From Ostreococcus lucimarinus (Eukaryota): 64,000 nt of DNA. The notes beneath the pieces are model-generated. The model searched no databases, was not told where the DNA came from, and was given only the letters and a program-made list of their open reading frames with translations. A program made the translations under genes and the position numbers. This document shows, piece by piece, positions 10,369 through 20,693 of the stretch. The stretch lies in the NCBI GenBank assembly GCA_000092065.1, contig CP000596.1, one strand, 5' to 3'. Positions within the stretch are counted from its first letter, which is position 1; every line of letters starts with the position of its first letter.

Positions 10369-11052
10369 CTACTTCGCGTACACGAGCGTGAGATTATTCG
10401 CCGGCATTTCCACCGGCGACTTCATCCCGTCCACAGACGCCGGCGTCAGCCCGACCGATCTCGCCTGTTCGTCCATCCACTCCAAATCCACCAGCCCAAA
10501 GTTCTCCGGATCCTTCAATCGCAACGACGCGTCGAACCGGGCGTCGCCCTCGGATCGAAACTCGCCGCCGACTTTAAACGGCCCGTACACGAAAACCAAT
10601 CCACCCTTCCTCAACGCCTTCGCGCTCCCCGCAAACATCCCCAGCGTCGCCGCGCGACTCGATATGTGCGCCACATTCACCATCAGCACCCCATCCAACG
10701 ATTCCGCCTCCACGACGTCCGCCATCGTCGTCGCGTCCATCGTCCGCGGCGCCGCGCACGTCCCGCTCGCCCCCGCGTCCGCGCAATTCTCCATCACCGC
10801 CGCGAACGACCCGTCGTGGTCGCACACGTCCGTCGGGTAATACCTCTTCAGGCACGCCGCGCCGCTCGCGCGCAGGATCTCCGCCGCGTGCGCGCCGACG
10901 CCGCAGCCGAGTTCGAGCAGCTCAAACTTTTTCTCCCGTCCCGCGCTCGAGCTTCGCACGAACGCGTCGACGACGCGCGCGACGTGCGCCTTGTTCCGCT
11001 GCGCCGCCGTCGCGCTCACCGCGATGTTAAACCTCTCCGCGCCGCGCGTCAT
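10369..11052 (-). CDS. DUF938-type SAM-dependent methyltransferase-like protein
   Basis: LELGCGVGAHA glycine-rich SAM motif I; VFVYGPFKVGGEF...FDASLRLKDPENFGLVDLEW resembles DUF938; ATG at 11052. Confidence 0.55.
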   Translation of the reverse strand: MTRGAERFNIAVSATAAQRNKAHVARVVDAFVRSSSAGREKKFELLELGCGVGAHAAEILRASGAACLKRYYPTDVCDHDGSFAAVMENCADAGASGTCAAPRTMDATTMADVVEAESLDGVLMVNVAHISSRAATLGMFAGSAKALRKGGLVFVYGPFKVGGEFRSEGDARFDASLRLKDPENFGLVDLEWMDEQARSVGLTPASVDGMKSPVEMPANNLTLVYAK

Positions 11053-11118
11053 CCCGCGCGCGCGGCGTCGTGACGCCGCAGAATCCGACGCGAAAAAGCG
11101 CGCGTCGTCCCGGCGCCG

Positions 11119-14100
11119 ATGCGAAACTGCCGCGTCGCGTCGTCGCGCGCGCGCCTGCGCCTCGGCCTCGGCGACGGCGACGGCGACGACGCGCGCGTCC
11201 TCGGCGGCGCGTTCGACGACGAGCGCGACGCGCTCGAGGCCGCGACGGCGACGCGATGCGCGACGACCGGCGGCGCGGTGATTTCGCTGCGACGCTTTCG
11301 CGTCGCCGACGGCGTCGAGCTCGAGCCCGCGCGCGCGTGCGAGACGCGCGGTGATGACGTCGCGTGCGTCGGCGTGGCGTGCGTGCGAGAGACGGACGAG
11401 ATCGTCGCGGCGTTCGCGTCGGGGGAATTCGCGGCGACGCCGCGGGCTCGGGACGCGAACGACGACGGGTGCGACGTCGTCGGTGAGATACCGTGCGGCG
11501 TGCGCGCGTTCGCGTGGTGCCCGGACGGAGAGACGTGCGCGGTGATGAGCGCGGAGGGACGCGTGGTGATCATGACGAGGGATTTTTATCCGGTGAGCGA
11601 GACGCGCGGGGACGGCGGGGCGGACGACGAAGACGCGGCGAACGAGACGACGAGCGGAGCGACGATCTCGTGGCGGGGAGACGGACGGTATTTCGCGTGC
11701 AGCTCGACGAACGCGAAGACGGGAGAGACTACGATGCGAGTGTGGGAGCGCGAGGGCGCGCGCGTGGAGAGCGTGGGGGAGACGAGGACGGCGTCGAGCG
11801 GGACGCCGGCGACGCTCGCGGCGGGCGACGGGACGCCGGCGTTGGCTTGGCAGCCGCGAGGGGCGTTGATCGCGGCGGCGGCGCGATCAGAATGTGATGT
11901 GAGCGATCGCGTGGTGTTTTACGAGCGGAACGGGCTGCGACGGGGGGATTTCGTGCTTCCAGGGGAAGGCGCGGAGATTACGAGTCTGGCGTGGAGCGCG
12001 GATTCGGCGTGCTTAGCGGCGGCGACGCGGTATCGCGACGGCGCGCACGCGGTGCAGATTTGGACGCGATCAAACATGCATTGGTACTTGAAACACGAAA
12101 CGCGGTATCCCGCGCGCGAGGGCGTCGTGCGCATGGAGTGGGACGCCGAACGCGGAGACGTGTTGCGCGCGTACACGGAACGCGGAGCGATCCATCGTTA
12201 CGACTTGTTTTGGGAAACCACGGTGAGCGATCGAGGGACGTGCGCGGTGATCGACGGCGACTGCCTCATGCTTACGCCCATGTTTCGCACGCCCGTGCCG
12301 CCGCCGATGTGCGCGGCCAAGGTGGTGTTTAGCGCCCCCGTAATCGCCGCGGCGTTTCAACCGGCTCGAGCTTCGCGAAATGAAACAGTCGTCGCGCTGT
12401 TATCGACCGGCGAACTCGCGTACGCGACGAGCGACAGCGGTACGGATTGGGCGTTGACGGCAGATAATTTCGCCGATAGTGAACGAGCCGCGACCTGGGC
12501 GCGGTGGTGCGACAACGAAATACCCGCGACGCCGTACTCGAGCGTCGCCGTCGCCGACGCCGCCGTCGAGCATTTGGCTTGGGTGCGCGATGACCACTTG
12601 ATTGTCGCCGCGGCGCGCGAACACGAGACCGAATTATTGCTCGTGCCTTTCGACGAAACGAAAACGCCGGGCGAAGACGCAATGAGTCGACGAATCGTGC
12701 CGGTGGCCGTCGGAGCGTTGACGAGCGCCAACGGCGTCGCGTTCGCGGTGGCGCGAGATTCCGCCGACCTATACCAAGTGGACGTGACGGATACCATCGC
12801 GGCGGGAGGCAACGCATTTGACGATGCGTGGCTCGTGCGCTCGCACGGCGTGCCAAGCGCGGGCGGCGAGACTCTGAAAATAATCTCCTCGCGAGGATTA
12901 GACGTTGGCGATCGCTACGCCTCGGCGCTGGGAACGTCCGCGGATCGACCAAGCGGGGCGCTGGTCACGCTTGACGATCGAGGAAATCTCAGAATTGGAA
13001 ACATACTCGTTGCGCCCAGAGTCACGTCGTTCGCGACGCACGTTTTCGGTGCCGATGGATGCGCGGTGACGACGCCCGAGGAGAGTGCAGAGGTGGCGGC
13101 GGCGGCGCGCGATTCCTCGCGTTGGCTTCCTGACGCCGTCCCATCGGCACGCGTGTGCTACATTACCCGAGACAATCAGCTCTTTGTCGCTGAAGTCGAC
13201 GACGTGATAGCCAACGGCGGAGGACGCGCCCGAGTCGTGGGTGAAGTCGCTGCGGACGACGCGCACATTGGAAATTGGCTGGCCGAGCGTTCTGCGGCGG
13301 ATGGCGCACGCATGGGCGAGCTCGCGTTTAGCGATTTGCACATGCGCATGCGCCGTGCGATGCGCCCCGAAGCGGCAAAAGTTGCCGCGGACGCGACGAC
13401 ACGACAAGTCGAAGACGGTGCTCGCATTGTCGCGTGCGCGCCGGGAACGACGAGCGTGGTTTTACAAATGCCGCGCGGGAATTTAGAGACGGTGGCACCG
13501 AAGGCTTTGGTGTTACCCGCGACGGCGTGTGCGCTACGCGCAGGTAGATATGGTGATGCCTACGCGCTCGCAGCGAGGCAGCGCGTGGATTTGAATCTCA
13601 TCGTCGATTACGGGTGGCCAAATTTCTTGAACGCCGCCGACGCCTTCGTGCGAGACGTCGACAGCGCGGACGCGGTGATGGAACTTCTTGAAGCGCTCGA
13701 TGACGGCGATGTCACGGCGCCTGGTGGAATTTACGAAGATCTCGTACGATTGTATCCGCCTCGCTCGAGCGATGCAGGCGCAGGCGCGAACGAGCGGCCG
13801 AACAAAGAATCCAAGGTACAAGCCGTGTGCGCGGCTATCAGAGCGGCGATCGAGACGCACGTCGGCACTGGTGGCGCCGCGAGTGTCGGTCGTTGGGAAT
13901 TAGCCGCATTGACATCTTACGCTTCCGGCGAGAATCCCGATTTGGCTTCAGCGCTTCGTCGCGTCGCCGTATTGCGTGAGCGCGAGTTGGAAGACGCGGC
14001 GTCGAACGCGCTCGTCTCGTCGTCGTCGAAGAACGAAGGTGGGCGCGCCGTCGACGCGGCGGCGGCGTTGAAGCATTTACTCTTTTTGGTCGGCGGCAAG

Positions 14101-15465
14101 ACTCTATATTCCGCTGCTTTGGGTACTTGCGATCTTTCGCTGGCGTATCTCGTCGCGCAACACGCGCAGATGGACCCGGGGGAGTACATGTCCGAGTTGC
14201 AAGAATTCCAAGCCATGCGCGAGCACGAGCGCCGCGCCGAAATCGCCAAACGGCTCGGTCGTCACGAGGACGCCATCACGGAATACTTGTTGGATGATAA
14301 TGTCTCCGCCGCTGGTAGCGTCGCCGCCGAACGTAAAATGTTCCCTTGGGCACTCGCGGAAGCGAAACGATTGAACCTCGCGGACGCCCGGCGCGCACTG
14401 CTGTTGCGGCACGCCGAACATTTGTCGTCGAGCATGCGTTCTGAAGACGCCGCGATCGCTCGCCTCGCCGCTGGTGATCTCACTGGAGCATTAGACGAAT
14501 ACCGCGCCGGACTTTCGTGGCGTCAGGCGCTCGCGCTGGCGAACCGATTGGAAATGCCCACGAACGCGGTGCGCGACATCGCGGAAGAGCTGTGCGAGTC
14601 TCTCACGCTGTCGGATCCTCTCGCCGCCGCGCGCGTGGCGAGCGGGTATCTTCAAGACATCGACCGCGCGGTTGAGTTATTCGCAAACGCTGGTGCGTGG
14701 CGAGAAGCGTGCGAGACGGCATACGCGAAGAATCGCGCAGATTTGATGCAAACCACCATCGCACCCGCGTGCGCGGGCGCGGCGAAGGAACATTTCGACG
14801 CGTTCAAGGAAAACAAGTTGCGCTCGGAAAAGTACGTCGAGCGTCTTCGTGATTTGCGCAAACACCGCGAGCGAGCTGAGTTAGCGCTCGACGACGGCGG
14901 ATGGTCCGAACTCGGCGGTCGCCCTCGAGCCGGCGTCGGCGCCGACGGATTGGAGGACGACGACGCGATGAGCGAAGCGCCGAGCCTCGCGAGCGACATG
15001 AGCGCCTACACCGATCGCACAGGCTTGACGTCTGTCGTGAGCGGCACGTCTGCGGCATCCACAATCGGCGGTCGCAAAGGCAAGAAACGAAAAGACAAGA
15101 AGAATAAAAACAATCGTAGCGGATTACGTGCGGGGTCTCCGACGGAGGAGCGCGACTTGGCGCTTCACGTCATCGCGCTCGCGCCCGTGAACAAAACCCT
15201 GGAAGAAATCGGCGAGTTGCTCGAGCTTCTGGTGAGTTTAGGACACGAAGACGACGCGCGCGCCTTACAGCGCGTCGTCAGTGAAGCCGTCGACGCCGCA
15301 TCTCGCGCGAAAGTTGACGCCGAGACGAGTCTGGGAGAACTTATCGAGCGAGCGAAAAAAGCGGGCGAAAGCGTCGAGGCGTTCGAAAAGCACGCGAGTG
15401 CGTTCGACGCGACGCCAGAGTGGAAGTGGTCGCTCCTTCGCGCGGCGACGGGATCGAGCGAATGA
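11119..15465 (+). CDS. ELP1: elongator complex protein 1 (ELP1/IKI3)-like, 1448 aa, N-terminal WD-propeller region plus C-terminal helical solenoid
   Basis: Size and architecture fit (beta-rich N half, TPR-like helical C half) plus a conserved basic C-terminal patch; assignment from overall resemblance, not a diagnostic motif; ATG at 11119. Confidence 0.5.
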   Translation: MRNCRVASSRARLRLGLGDGDGDDARVLGGAFDDERDALEAATATRCATTGGAVISLRRFRVADGVELEPARACETRGDDVACVGVACVRETDEIVAAFASGEFAATPRARDANDDGCDVVGEIPCGVRAFAWCPDGETCAVMSAEGRVVIMTRDFYPVSETRGDGGADDEDAANETTSGATISWRGDGRYFACSSTNAKTGETTMRVWEREGARVESVGETRTASSGTPATLAAGDGTPALAWQPRGALIAAAARSECDVSDRVVFYERNGLRRGDFVLPGEGAEITSLAWSADSACLAAATRYRDGAHAVQIWTRSNMHWYLKHETRYPAREGVVRMEWDAERGDVLRAYTERGAIHRYDLFWETTVSDRGTCAVIDGDCLMLTPMFRTPVPPPMCAAKVVFSAPVIAAAFQPARASRNETVVALLSTGELAYATSDSGTDWALTADNFADSERAATWARWCDNEIPATPYSSVAVADAAVEHLAWVRDDHLIVAAAREHETELLLVPFDETKTPGEDAMSRRIVPVAVGALTSANGVAFAVARDSADLYQVDVTDTIAAGGNAFDDAWLVRSHGVPSAGGETLKIISSRGLDVGDRYASALGTSADRPSGALVTLDDRGNLRIGNILVAPRVTSFATHVFGADGCAVTTPEESAEVAAAARDSSRWLPDAVPSARVCYITRDNQLFVAEVDDVIANGGGRARVVGEVAADDAHIGNWLAERSAADGARMGELAFSDLHMRMRRAMRPEAAKVAADATTRQVEDGARIVACAPGTTSVVLQMPRGNLETVAPKALVLPATACALRAGRYGDAYALAARQRVDLNLIVDYGWPNFLNAADAFVRDVDSADAVMELLEALDDGDVTAPGGIYEDLVRLYPPRSSDAGAGANERPNKESKVQAVCAAIRAAIETHVGTGGAASVGRWELAALTSYASGENPDLASALRRVAVLRERELEDAASNALVSSSSKNEGGRAVDAAAALKHLLFLVGGKTLYSAALGTCDLSLAYLVAQHAQMDPGEYMSELQEFQAMREHERRAEIAKRLGRHEDAITEYLLDDNVSAAGSVAAERKMFPWALAEAKRLNLADARRALLLRHAEHLSSSMRSEDAAIARLAAGDLTGALDEYRAGLSWRQALALANRLEMPTNAVRDIAEELCESLTLSDPLAAARVASGYLQDIDRAVELFANAGAWREACETAYAKNRADLMQTTIAPACAGAAKEHFDAFKENKLRSEKYVERLRDLRKHRERAELALDDGGWSELGGRPRAGVGADGLEDDDAMSEAPSLASDMSAYTDRTGLTSVVSGTSAASTIGGRKGKKRKDKKNKNNRSGLRAGSPTEERDLALHVIALAPVNKTLEEIGELLELLVSLGHEDDARALQRVVSEAVDAASRAKVDAETSLGELIERAKKAGESVEAFEKHASAFDATPEWKWSLLRAATGSSE

Positions 15466-15635
15466 ACGAGCGACGTAGATGATAGAGAGGATATTTAGAT
15501 TTGATAGCGCGCGCTTCGCGCATGTGTGAAATTTCAAAAGCCGACGGATGACGTCGACGAGTAATTAAGAAGTTGTCGTTGTGTTTTATCGTCTCGTAAG
15601 TAACGAAATCAGACTCGCGCTCGCCCGCTCGCGCG

Positions 15636-16499
15636 TTATCGCACCACATCGACGACGAGCTTGCGCGATTTCAAGTGACTCCACGCCCAGCGCTTGTAGT
15701 ACACCGCTTGCACCGCGACGAGCGACAGGGCAAAGATCCACTTCGCCCCCATGAGCTTACGATCGTCCATCTCCGGCTCCGCCGCCCAGGCCAAAAACGT
15801 CGTCACATCTTTCGCCATCTGCGTCTCCGTCGCGGGCGTCCCATCATCGTACTCCACCCCCCCGTCGACTAACATCTTCGGCATCGCGATGAACCCCCCG
15901 GGAAAGTACGGATTGTAATACATCCCCCCCGGCACCTCCACCCCCGCCGGCGGTTCCCGATACCCGAGCAACAGCGCGAACACATAATTGATCCCATCGT
16001 GTCTCGCCTTCGTCATCAGCGATAAATCCGGCGGATACGCGCCGTTATTCGCGAATCGCGCCCCCTCCTCGTTCGCGTACGGCGCCGGTATCCCGTCGCT
16101 CAGCTTCCCCGGTCTATCGAACATCTCCCCCGTATCGTCCGGCCCGTCCCTCACCTCGACTTCCTCCGCCAGCGCCTTCGCTTCCGCCTCCGTGTACGCC
16201 ACGCCGACCAAATTTCTGTACGCAATCTGATTCAACGAGTGACACGCCGCGCACACCTGCGTGTACACCTGATGCCCTCGTCGCACGCTCGCGTGGTCGT
16301 AGCTCGAGAACAACCCATCGTGCGGCCACTCGTACCGCGGCAGCGCCAGCCCGTGCTCGGCCTCGTCCGCGACCGCCACCGCCGCCGTCATCCCGCACGC
16401 CGCCGCGCCGAGCGCCGCGAGCGTCGAGGTTTTATCGCCGGACGCGCGCGACGCGATCGCGGCCGATCGTCGCGCGAGATCGCGCAGGTGCGCGCGCAT
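15636..16499 (-). CDS. CYC1: cytochrome c1, mitochondrial
   Basis: CAACHSL heme-binding CxxCH; [29 protein letters not shown]; C-terminal TM anchor and presequence; ATG at 16499. Confidence 0.85.
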   Translation of the reverse strand: MRAHLRDLARRSAAIASRASGDKTSTLAALGAAACGMTAAVAVADEAEHGLALPRYEWPHDGLFSSYDHASVRRGHQVYTQVCAACHSLNQIAYRNLVGVAYTEAEAKALAEEVEVRDGPDDTGEMFDRPGKLSDGIPAPYANEEGARFANNGAYPPDLSLMTKARHDGINYVFALLLGYREPPAGVEVPGGMYYNPYFPGGFIAMPKMLVDGGVEYDDGTPATETQMAKDVTTFLAWAAEPEMDDRKLMGAKWIFALSLVAVQAVYYKRWAWSHLKSRKLVVDVVR

Positions 16500-16632
16500 G
16501 GCGCTCGCGCGGCGTCGTTCGAGCGTCGGACGCGCGCGCGACGCGTTCGTTCGATCGACGTCCGCGGCCGTCGGTCGGCGCGCGTCTCGCGCGTCGCGAT
16601 CGCGTCGCCGTCTGCGGCGCGCGCGGCGGGCG

Positions 16633-16654
16633 CGATCGATCGCGCGATCGATCG
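16633..16654. promoter_or_regulatory. 22-bp perfect palindrome CGATCGATCGCGCGATCGATCG in the divergent CYC1/YEATS promoter
   Basis: Sequence equals its own reverse complement; lies between the divergent starts at 16499 and 16924. Confidence 0.3.
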
Positions 16655-16850
16655 ACGAATCACGAACCGTCGCGGGGGGGGTCTATACGTATTGAAGAAG
16701 GAAAACGCCCATGTTTTGAATGCGGCGCCGCGGTCGCCGTCCGACGGCGACGCCGACGCCGCACACGGCGTCGCGCGAGCGCGAGCGCGCGCGTCGAGCG
16801 CGTCGCGGTCGGATCGATCGATCGCGATCGCGAGACGTCCGACGCGCGCG

Positions 16851-16908
16851 TCGAATCGAATCGAATCGAGCGTCGAATCGAATCGGAATCGAATCGAAAC
16901 GCGACGAC
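16851..16908. repeat. (CGAAT)n microsatellite, imperfect
   Basis: tcgaatcgaatcgaatcgagcgtcgaatcgaatcggaatcgaatcgaaacg, just upstream of the YEATS ATG. Confidence 0.6.
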
Positions 16909-16923
16909 GACGACGCGCGACGC

Positions 16924-17547
16924 ATGGCGCGCGGCGCGGACGAGCGCGATCGGACGCAGGCGATGATCGTCGGAACGATCGCGCATTACCTCGGGAAGAG
17001 GGCGGACGAGTATCACAGCCATCGATGGACGGTGTACGTCAGAGGGCTGGACGGGGAGGATTTGTCGCACTGCGTGGAGAGCGTGGAGTTCGCGCTGCAC
17101 CCGTCGTTCGACGAACCGACGCGGGTGCTGACGCAGGCGCCGTACGAGGTGACGGAGACGGGATGGGGTGAATTCGACATCGGGGTGAAGATCACGTTCT
17201 CGAGCGATTGCGGCGAGGCGAGAACGGTGACGACGACGACGCCGTTGAAGCTGTTTCCGAGCGCGGAGGAAATCGCGAGGCACGGACCGCAGACGACGAA
17301 GAAACCGTTGATCAAGGAGCGGTACGAGGAAATCGTGTTTCACGAGTGCGATGGTGGGTTTTATAAGCGGATGAAGTCGCACGCGTGGAAGAGGGCGCCG
17401 AAGAGCGCGCACGACGACGCGTGGTCGTCGTTCAAGGACAAGCCCGAGCTCGTCGGCATCTACGCCGCGCGGGAGGTGACGAAGGAGCGGATCAAGATTT
17501 TGGAGCAACAACTCGAAGTCTTAGAGAGCATCGATGCCAACGCGTGA
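16924..17547 (+). CDS. YAF9: YEATS-domain protein (YAF9/GAS41 homologue)
   Basis: IVGTIAHYLGKRADEYHSHRWTVYVRG...LHPSFDEPTRVLTQAPYEVTETGWGEFDIGVKITF closely parallels human GAS41 ([26 protein letters not shown]...PPYEITETGWGEFEI); C-terminal coiled coil; ATG at 16924. Confidence 0.85.
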   Translation: MARGADERDRTQAMIVGTIAHYLGKRADEYHSHRWTVYVRGLDGEDLSHCVESVEFALHPSFDEPTRVLTQAPYEVTETGWGEFDIGVKITFSSDCGEARTVTTTTPLKLFPSAEEIARHGPQTTKKPLIKERYEEIVFHECDGGFYKRMKSHAWKRAPKSAHDDAWSSFKDKPELVGIYAAREVTKERIKILEQQLEVLESIDANA

Positions 17548-17616
17548 CGGGGCGATGCGGTTTAGTTTGGAGATCGCGCGTCGCGCCGCGCGGTGGACGG
17601 CGCGTCGCGTCCGTCG

Positions 17617-17621
17617 TGTAA
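17617..17621 (+). terminator. TGTAA polyadenylation-like signal about 70 nt downstream of the YEATS stop
   Basis: ccgtcgtgtaactcaatttt. Confidence 0.25.
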
Positions 17622-17745
17622 CTCAATTTTAGACTCTTCTCATCCGACGACGCGACCAATGTGAAAATCGACGCGCGCGTCACACGACGACGCGGCGCGC
17701 GTCGCGGGTTTTCTCGCGAGGTTTCGAGCGCGACGCGCGTAAAAA

Positions 17746-18762
17746 ATGCGATCGAGCCGCGTCGAGGACGGGCGCGCGGCGCGCGCGCGCGCGCTCGACG
17801 CCGTGATCGATGCTTTAGAACGTAACGCCGAGAAAACGCTCGAGGCGCAGAAACAGCTCGAGCTGGACGAGAAGCGAATCAAAGTCTTCGCGACGAGCGA
17901 TTTACACACCGACATGCCGAAAAACATGCAGGTGATGGAAGAGTACGTCGAGCGCGAGACGGCGGCGCGTCGCGCGCGATCTGAGACGAACGAAGCGTCG
18001 GTGATCGTCGTCGCGGGCGACGTCGGCACGAATCTGGAGTGCGTCGAACTCACCTTGCGGTTGTTGAGCAAAGCCCACGACATGGTCTGCTACCTCCCCG
18101 CGGGAAATCACGAGCTGTGGTGCGCGACGACGGAACGGTGGTGCCGAGACAACGGACGAGAGTATCCGTGTGACTCGATCGGAAAGATGCTTCGTTTGAT
18201 TGATTTGTGTACCGACATTGGCGTGTGCTGTTCACCGTTGAGCGTCGCCGGCGTGCGAATAGTGCCCATCTACGGATGGTACGACGATCTTTTCGCCCCG
18301 CGCGGCGAGATCCCGGCGAAATATTCCGACTTGGAGCGCAGGTTCGATTGCGCGTGCTCGTGGCCGTCGTTCATCAATCCGCCGAGCGAGGCTCGCAACT
18401 CGCACTCGCCCGCCATCGGAGCGTTCATGCGGGCGGTCAACGATCGCGTTCTCGATCGATTTCAAGACGCCGCGCTCGATCAAAACTCGCCGATAAAACA
18501 CGTCATCACTTACTCTCATTTCATTCCGCGATCGGAGCTGTATAGAGGGACCTACGATCTGGTGCACGTGATGGGGAGCTGCAGAATAGACGCGGACGCC
18601 AAAAAATGGAAATCAACCGTTCACGTCTTCGGCCACTCGCACTTAAACGTCGACCGCTGCGTCGATGGTGTGCGATATATTCAATGCGCGCTCGGGTACC
18701 CGCACGAGCGTTGGTTCGGCGTCAACCACCCGAAATTAGTGTTCGACGCCTCGCTCGAGTGA
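17746..18762 (+). CDS. calcineurin-like metallophosphoesterase
   Basis: VIVVAGDVGTN...GNHELW...VFGHSHL metallophosphatase signature blocks (GD, GNHE, GH.H); ATG at 17746. Confidence 0.6.
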   Translation: MRSSRVEDGRAARARALDAVIDALERNAEKTLEAQKQLELDEKRIKVFATSDLHTDMPKNMQVMEEYVERETAARRARSETNEASVIVVAGDVGTNLECVELTLRLLSKAHDMVCYLPAGNHELWCATTERWCRDNGREYPCDSIGKMLRLIDLCTDIGVCCSPLSVAGVRIVPIYGWYDDLFAPRGEIPAKYSDLERRFDCACSWPSFINPPSEARNSHSPAIGAFMRAVNDRVLDRFQDAALDQNSPIKHVITYSHFIPRSELYRGTYDLVHVMGSCRIDADAKKWKSTVHVFGHSHLNVDRCVDGVRYIQCALGYPHERWFGVNHPKLVFDASLE

Positions 18763-18846
18763 CCGCTGGCGACGCCGCGGACCGCAGACCGCGCCTCGCC
18801 AGGCCTCCGTCGTCCATCCGCGCGCGACGCGAGTCTGTCGGAGTCG

Positions 18847-20637
18847 ATGTCGCGCGACTTCTCGCGTCGCGCACCGCGCGAGCGCGACGGCCGTCGTCGT
18901 CGTCTCGTCGCGTTCGCCGTCGCGGCGGTTGGATTAATCTGCGGCGTCGTCCCGGTCGCCGCCAAGCTCGCGCAAGGCACGGTGGTGCTCAACAGCGAGG
19001 TGACGGAGAAAGTGCTCACGAAATTTAGCGTATCCAAAGTCGGCGGGTCGCTGAAATTGAAGCTGACCACGGCGAAGACGGGTTGGGAACGCGGCGCGCA
19101 TCAGCTCGAACTTTTGGTGTTGAACGACGAAGAATACTTCAAATGGCGAGCGATGATGAAGAAAGGGTCTCTGTGTCGCGATCGGAACGCCCTGGCGTCG
19201 CGAAGGCACCAGGTCGCGCTGCCGCATCCCGGGGCGACGCATCAAGCGTTGGGGTACGAATTTTTCATCGACCCGGAGAGCGGCGATAGCTATCGTTTGG
19301 ATTTGTCTACTGGGAACACGACGTGGATGCACCCGAACGCGCATCACGAGAAGGCGTCCGCGATCGTGCATCGAGAGACGTCGTTATCGGTGGAGCTGAA
19401 GGAGACGAAAACGACCAATTCGCGGGCGAAAGTGGTGGAATACGGCGTGGCGAGTAATTGGTTCGTCGTGTTGAGCGACTGCGCGTTGGAGTTTTACCAA
19501 GCCAAGCCCCCGGCGTTGCATTACGAGTTGGAATTGAAGAGCAATAACAAACACTTACCGGAAGAACTCAGAGGGCTCGGGGTGATTTACGCGATCGCGT
19601 GGCTCGGTATGGCGGGCGCGCTGGCGGTGTTTTCAATTTTAGCGTTCAAAGAATACTCGAAAGCAAAGAGCGTGCACGCGCTCGTACTCGTCGTCATGCT
19701 CGCGCACGCGTGTCAGCTGACGTCGCTTGGGTTGGAATTCATGCACATCACCGTGTTCGCGATGAACGGGAAAGGTTTACGTTGGCGATACACGTGGTTT
19801 GCCGCGGATTTCGCGGCGGAAATGTTGCAAGGCGCAAGCGAGTTTATCGTCGAGTTCGTGTTATTGTTCCTCGTGTGCGGCTGGACCACGCTTTCGATGA
19901 CGGTGAGTGGACTCGGGGGGAGCCTGTTCGCGTCGCTCGAGTCAGGTGCAGGCGGTAACGGCGCGCGACCGCATCCGCCGTCCGGCGCCGATGGTAGACA
20001 ATCGACTCGAGCGATGCTGACGAGCGTGCTGAAATCCTTCTTCAAGGTAAACTCTGACGATCCAGCGGTGAAATATCGGGTTGATCTCGTCGCTGGTGCG
20101 TTACGTTCGCCCGTGAACATGCTCAAACGCGGCGCGGAGACTACGATTGGCGTCGTCATCTTAGTCTTCTTTGCCTTGGTGCACTTGACGCTCGAATTGA
20201 TGTCGCGCAAGTATCACGAGGATTTCGAGGCATTTCACGATCACGATCACTGGCCCGGGTACGCGTTGGTGTTCATGCGCGTCGCGTTCGCCGTGTTGTT
20301 CATCGTCGCCGGCGGATCGACGTACGCGACGGCGAAATCGCAAGATCAAGCTCTGGCGCAGTTTATTAGAAACTTGCTCGTCATCGGCGCCGCGTGGTTG
20401 CTCGCGTTTCCATTCGTGATTTTCACCGCGCAAGGGGTTCCGTTGATTTGGCGCGAGCGATACGTCGCCGGAGGTTGTGCGTTTCTGCAATGCACCGCGC
20501 TCGCGGCGCTCGGCATCTTGGTTCTCGTGGACGGATCGTTTAAAAAGCTCAGCTCCGTCGCCGGAGGCGGCGTCGACGTCGCGGCTCGCGCCAAGCTCGG
20601 TCGTCGCGGATTTAGGGCGAAAGTGGCGATCGATTAG
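18847..20637 (+). CDS. 7-TM membrane protein with large N-terminal lumenal domain (Lung-7TM-receptor / GPR107 / TMEM87-like)
   Basis: Signal-anchor, about 230-aa hydrophilic domain, then seven clear hydrophobic helices (GVIYAIAWLGMAGALAVFSILAF ... CAFLQCTALAALGILVLV); family call is tentative. Confidence 0.4.
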   Translation: MSRDFSRRAPRERDGRRRRLVAFAVAAVGLICGVVPVAAKLAQGTVVLNSEVTEKVLTKFSVSKVGGSLKLKLTTAKTGWERGAHQLELLVLNDEEYFKWRAMMKKGSLCRDRNALASRRHQVALPHPGATHQALGYEFFIDPESGDSYRLDLSTGNTTWMHPNAHHEKASAIVHRETSLSVELKETKTTNSRAKVVEYGVASNWFVVLSDCALEFYQAKPPALHYELELKSNNKHLPEELRGLGVIYAIAWLGMAGALAVFSILAFKEYSKAKSVHALVLVVMLAHACQLTSLGLEFMHITVFAMNGKGLRWRYTWFAADFAAEMLQGASEFIVEFVLLFLVCGWTTLSMTVSGLGGSLFASLESGAGGNGARPHPPSGADGRQSTRAMLTSVLKSFFKVNSDDPAVKYRVDLVAGALRSPVNMLKRGAETTIGVVILVFFALVHLTLELMSRKYHEDFEAFHDHDHWPGYALVFMRVAFAVLFIVAGGSTYATAKSQDQALAQFIRNLLVIGAAWLLAFPFVIFTAQGVPLIWRERYVAGGCAFLQCTALAALGILVLVDGSFKKLSSVAGGGVDVAARAKLGRRGFRAKVAID

Positions 20638-20693
20638 CGCGCGCGATGTAAAAAAACAAAAGTTGGCTTTGATTAATCGTTACAGCGTCGGTT

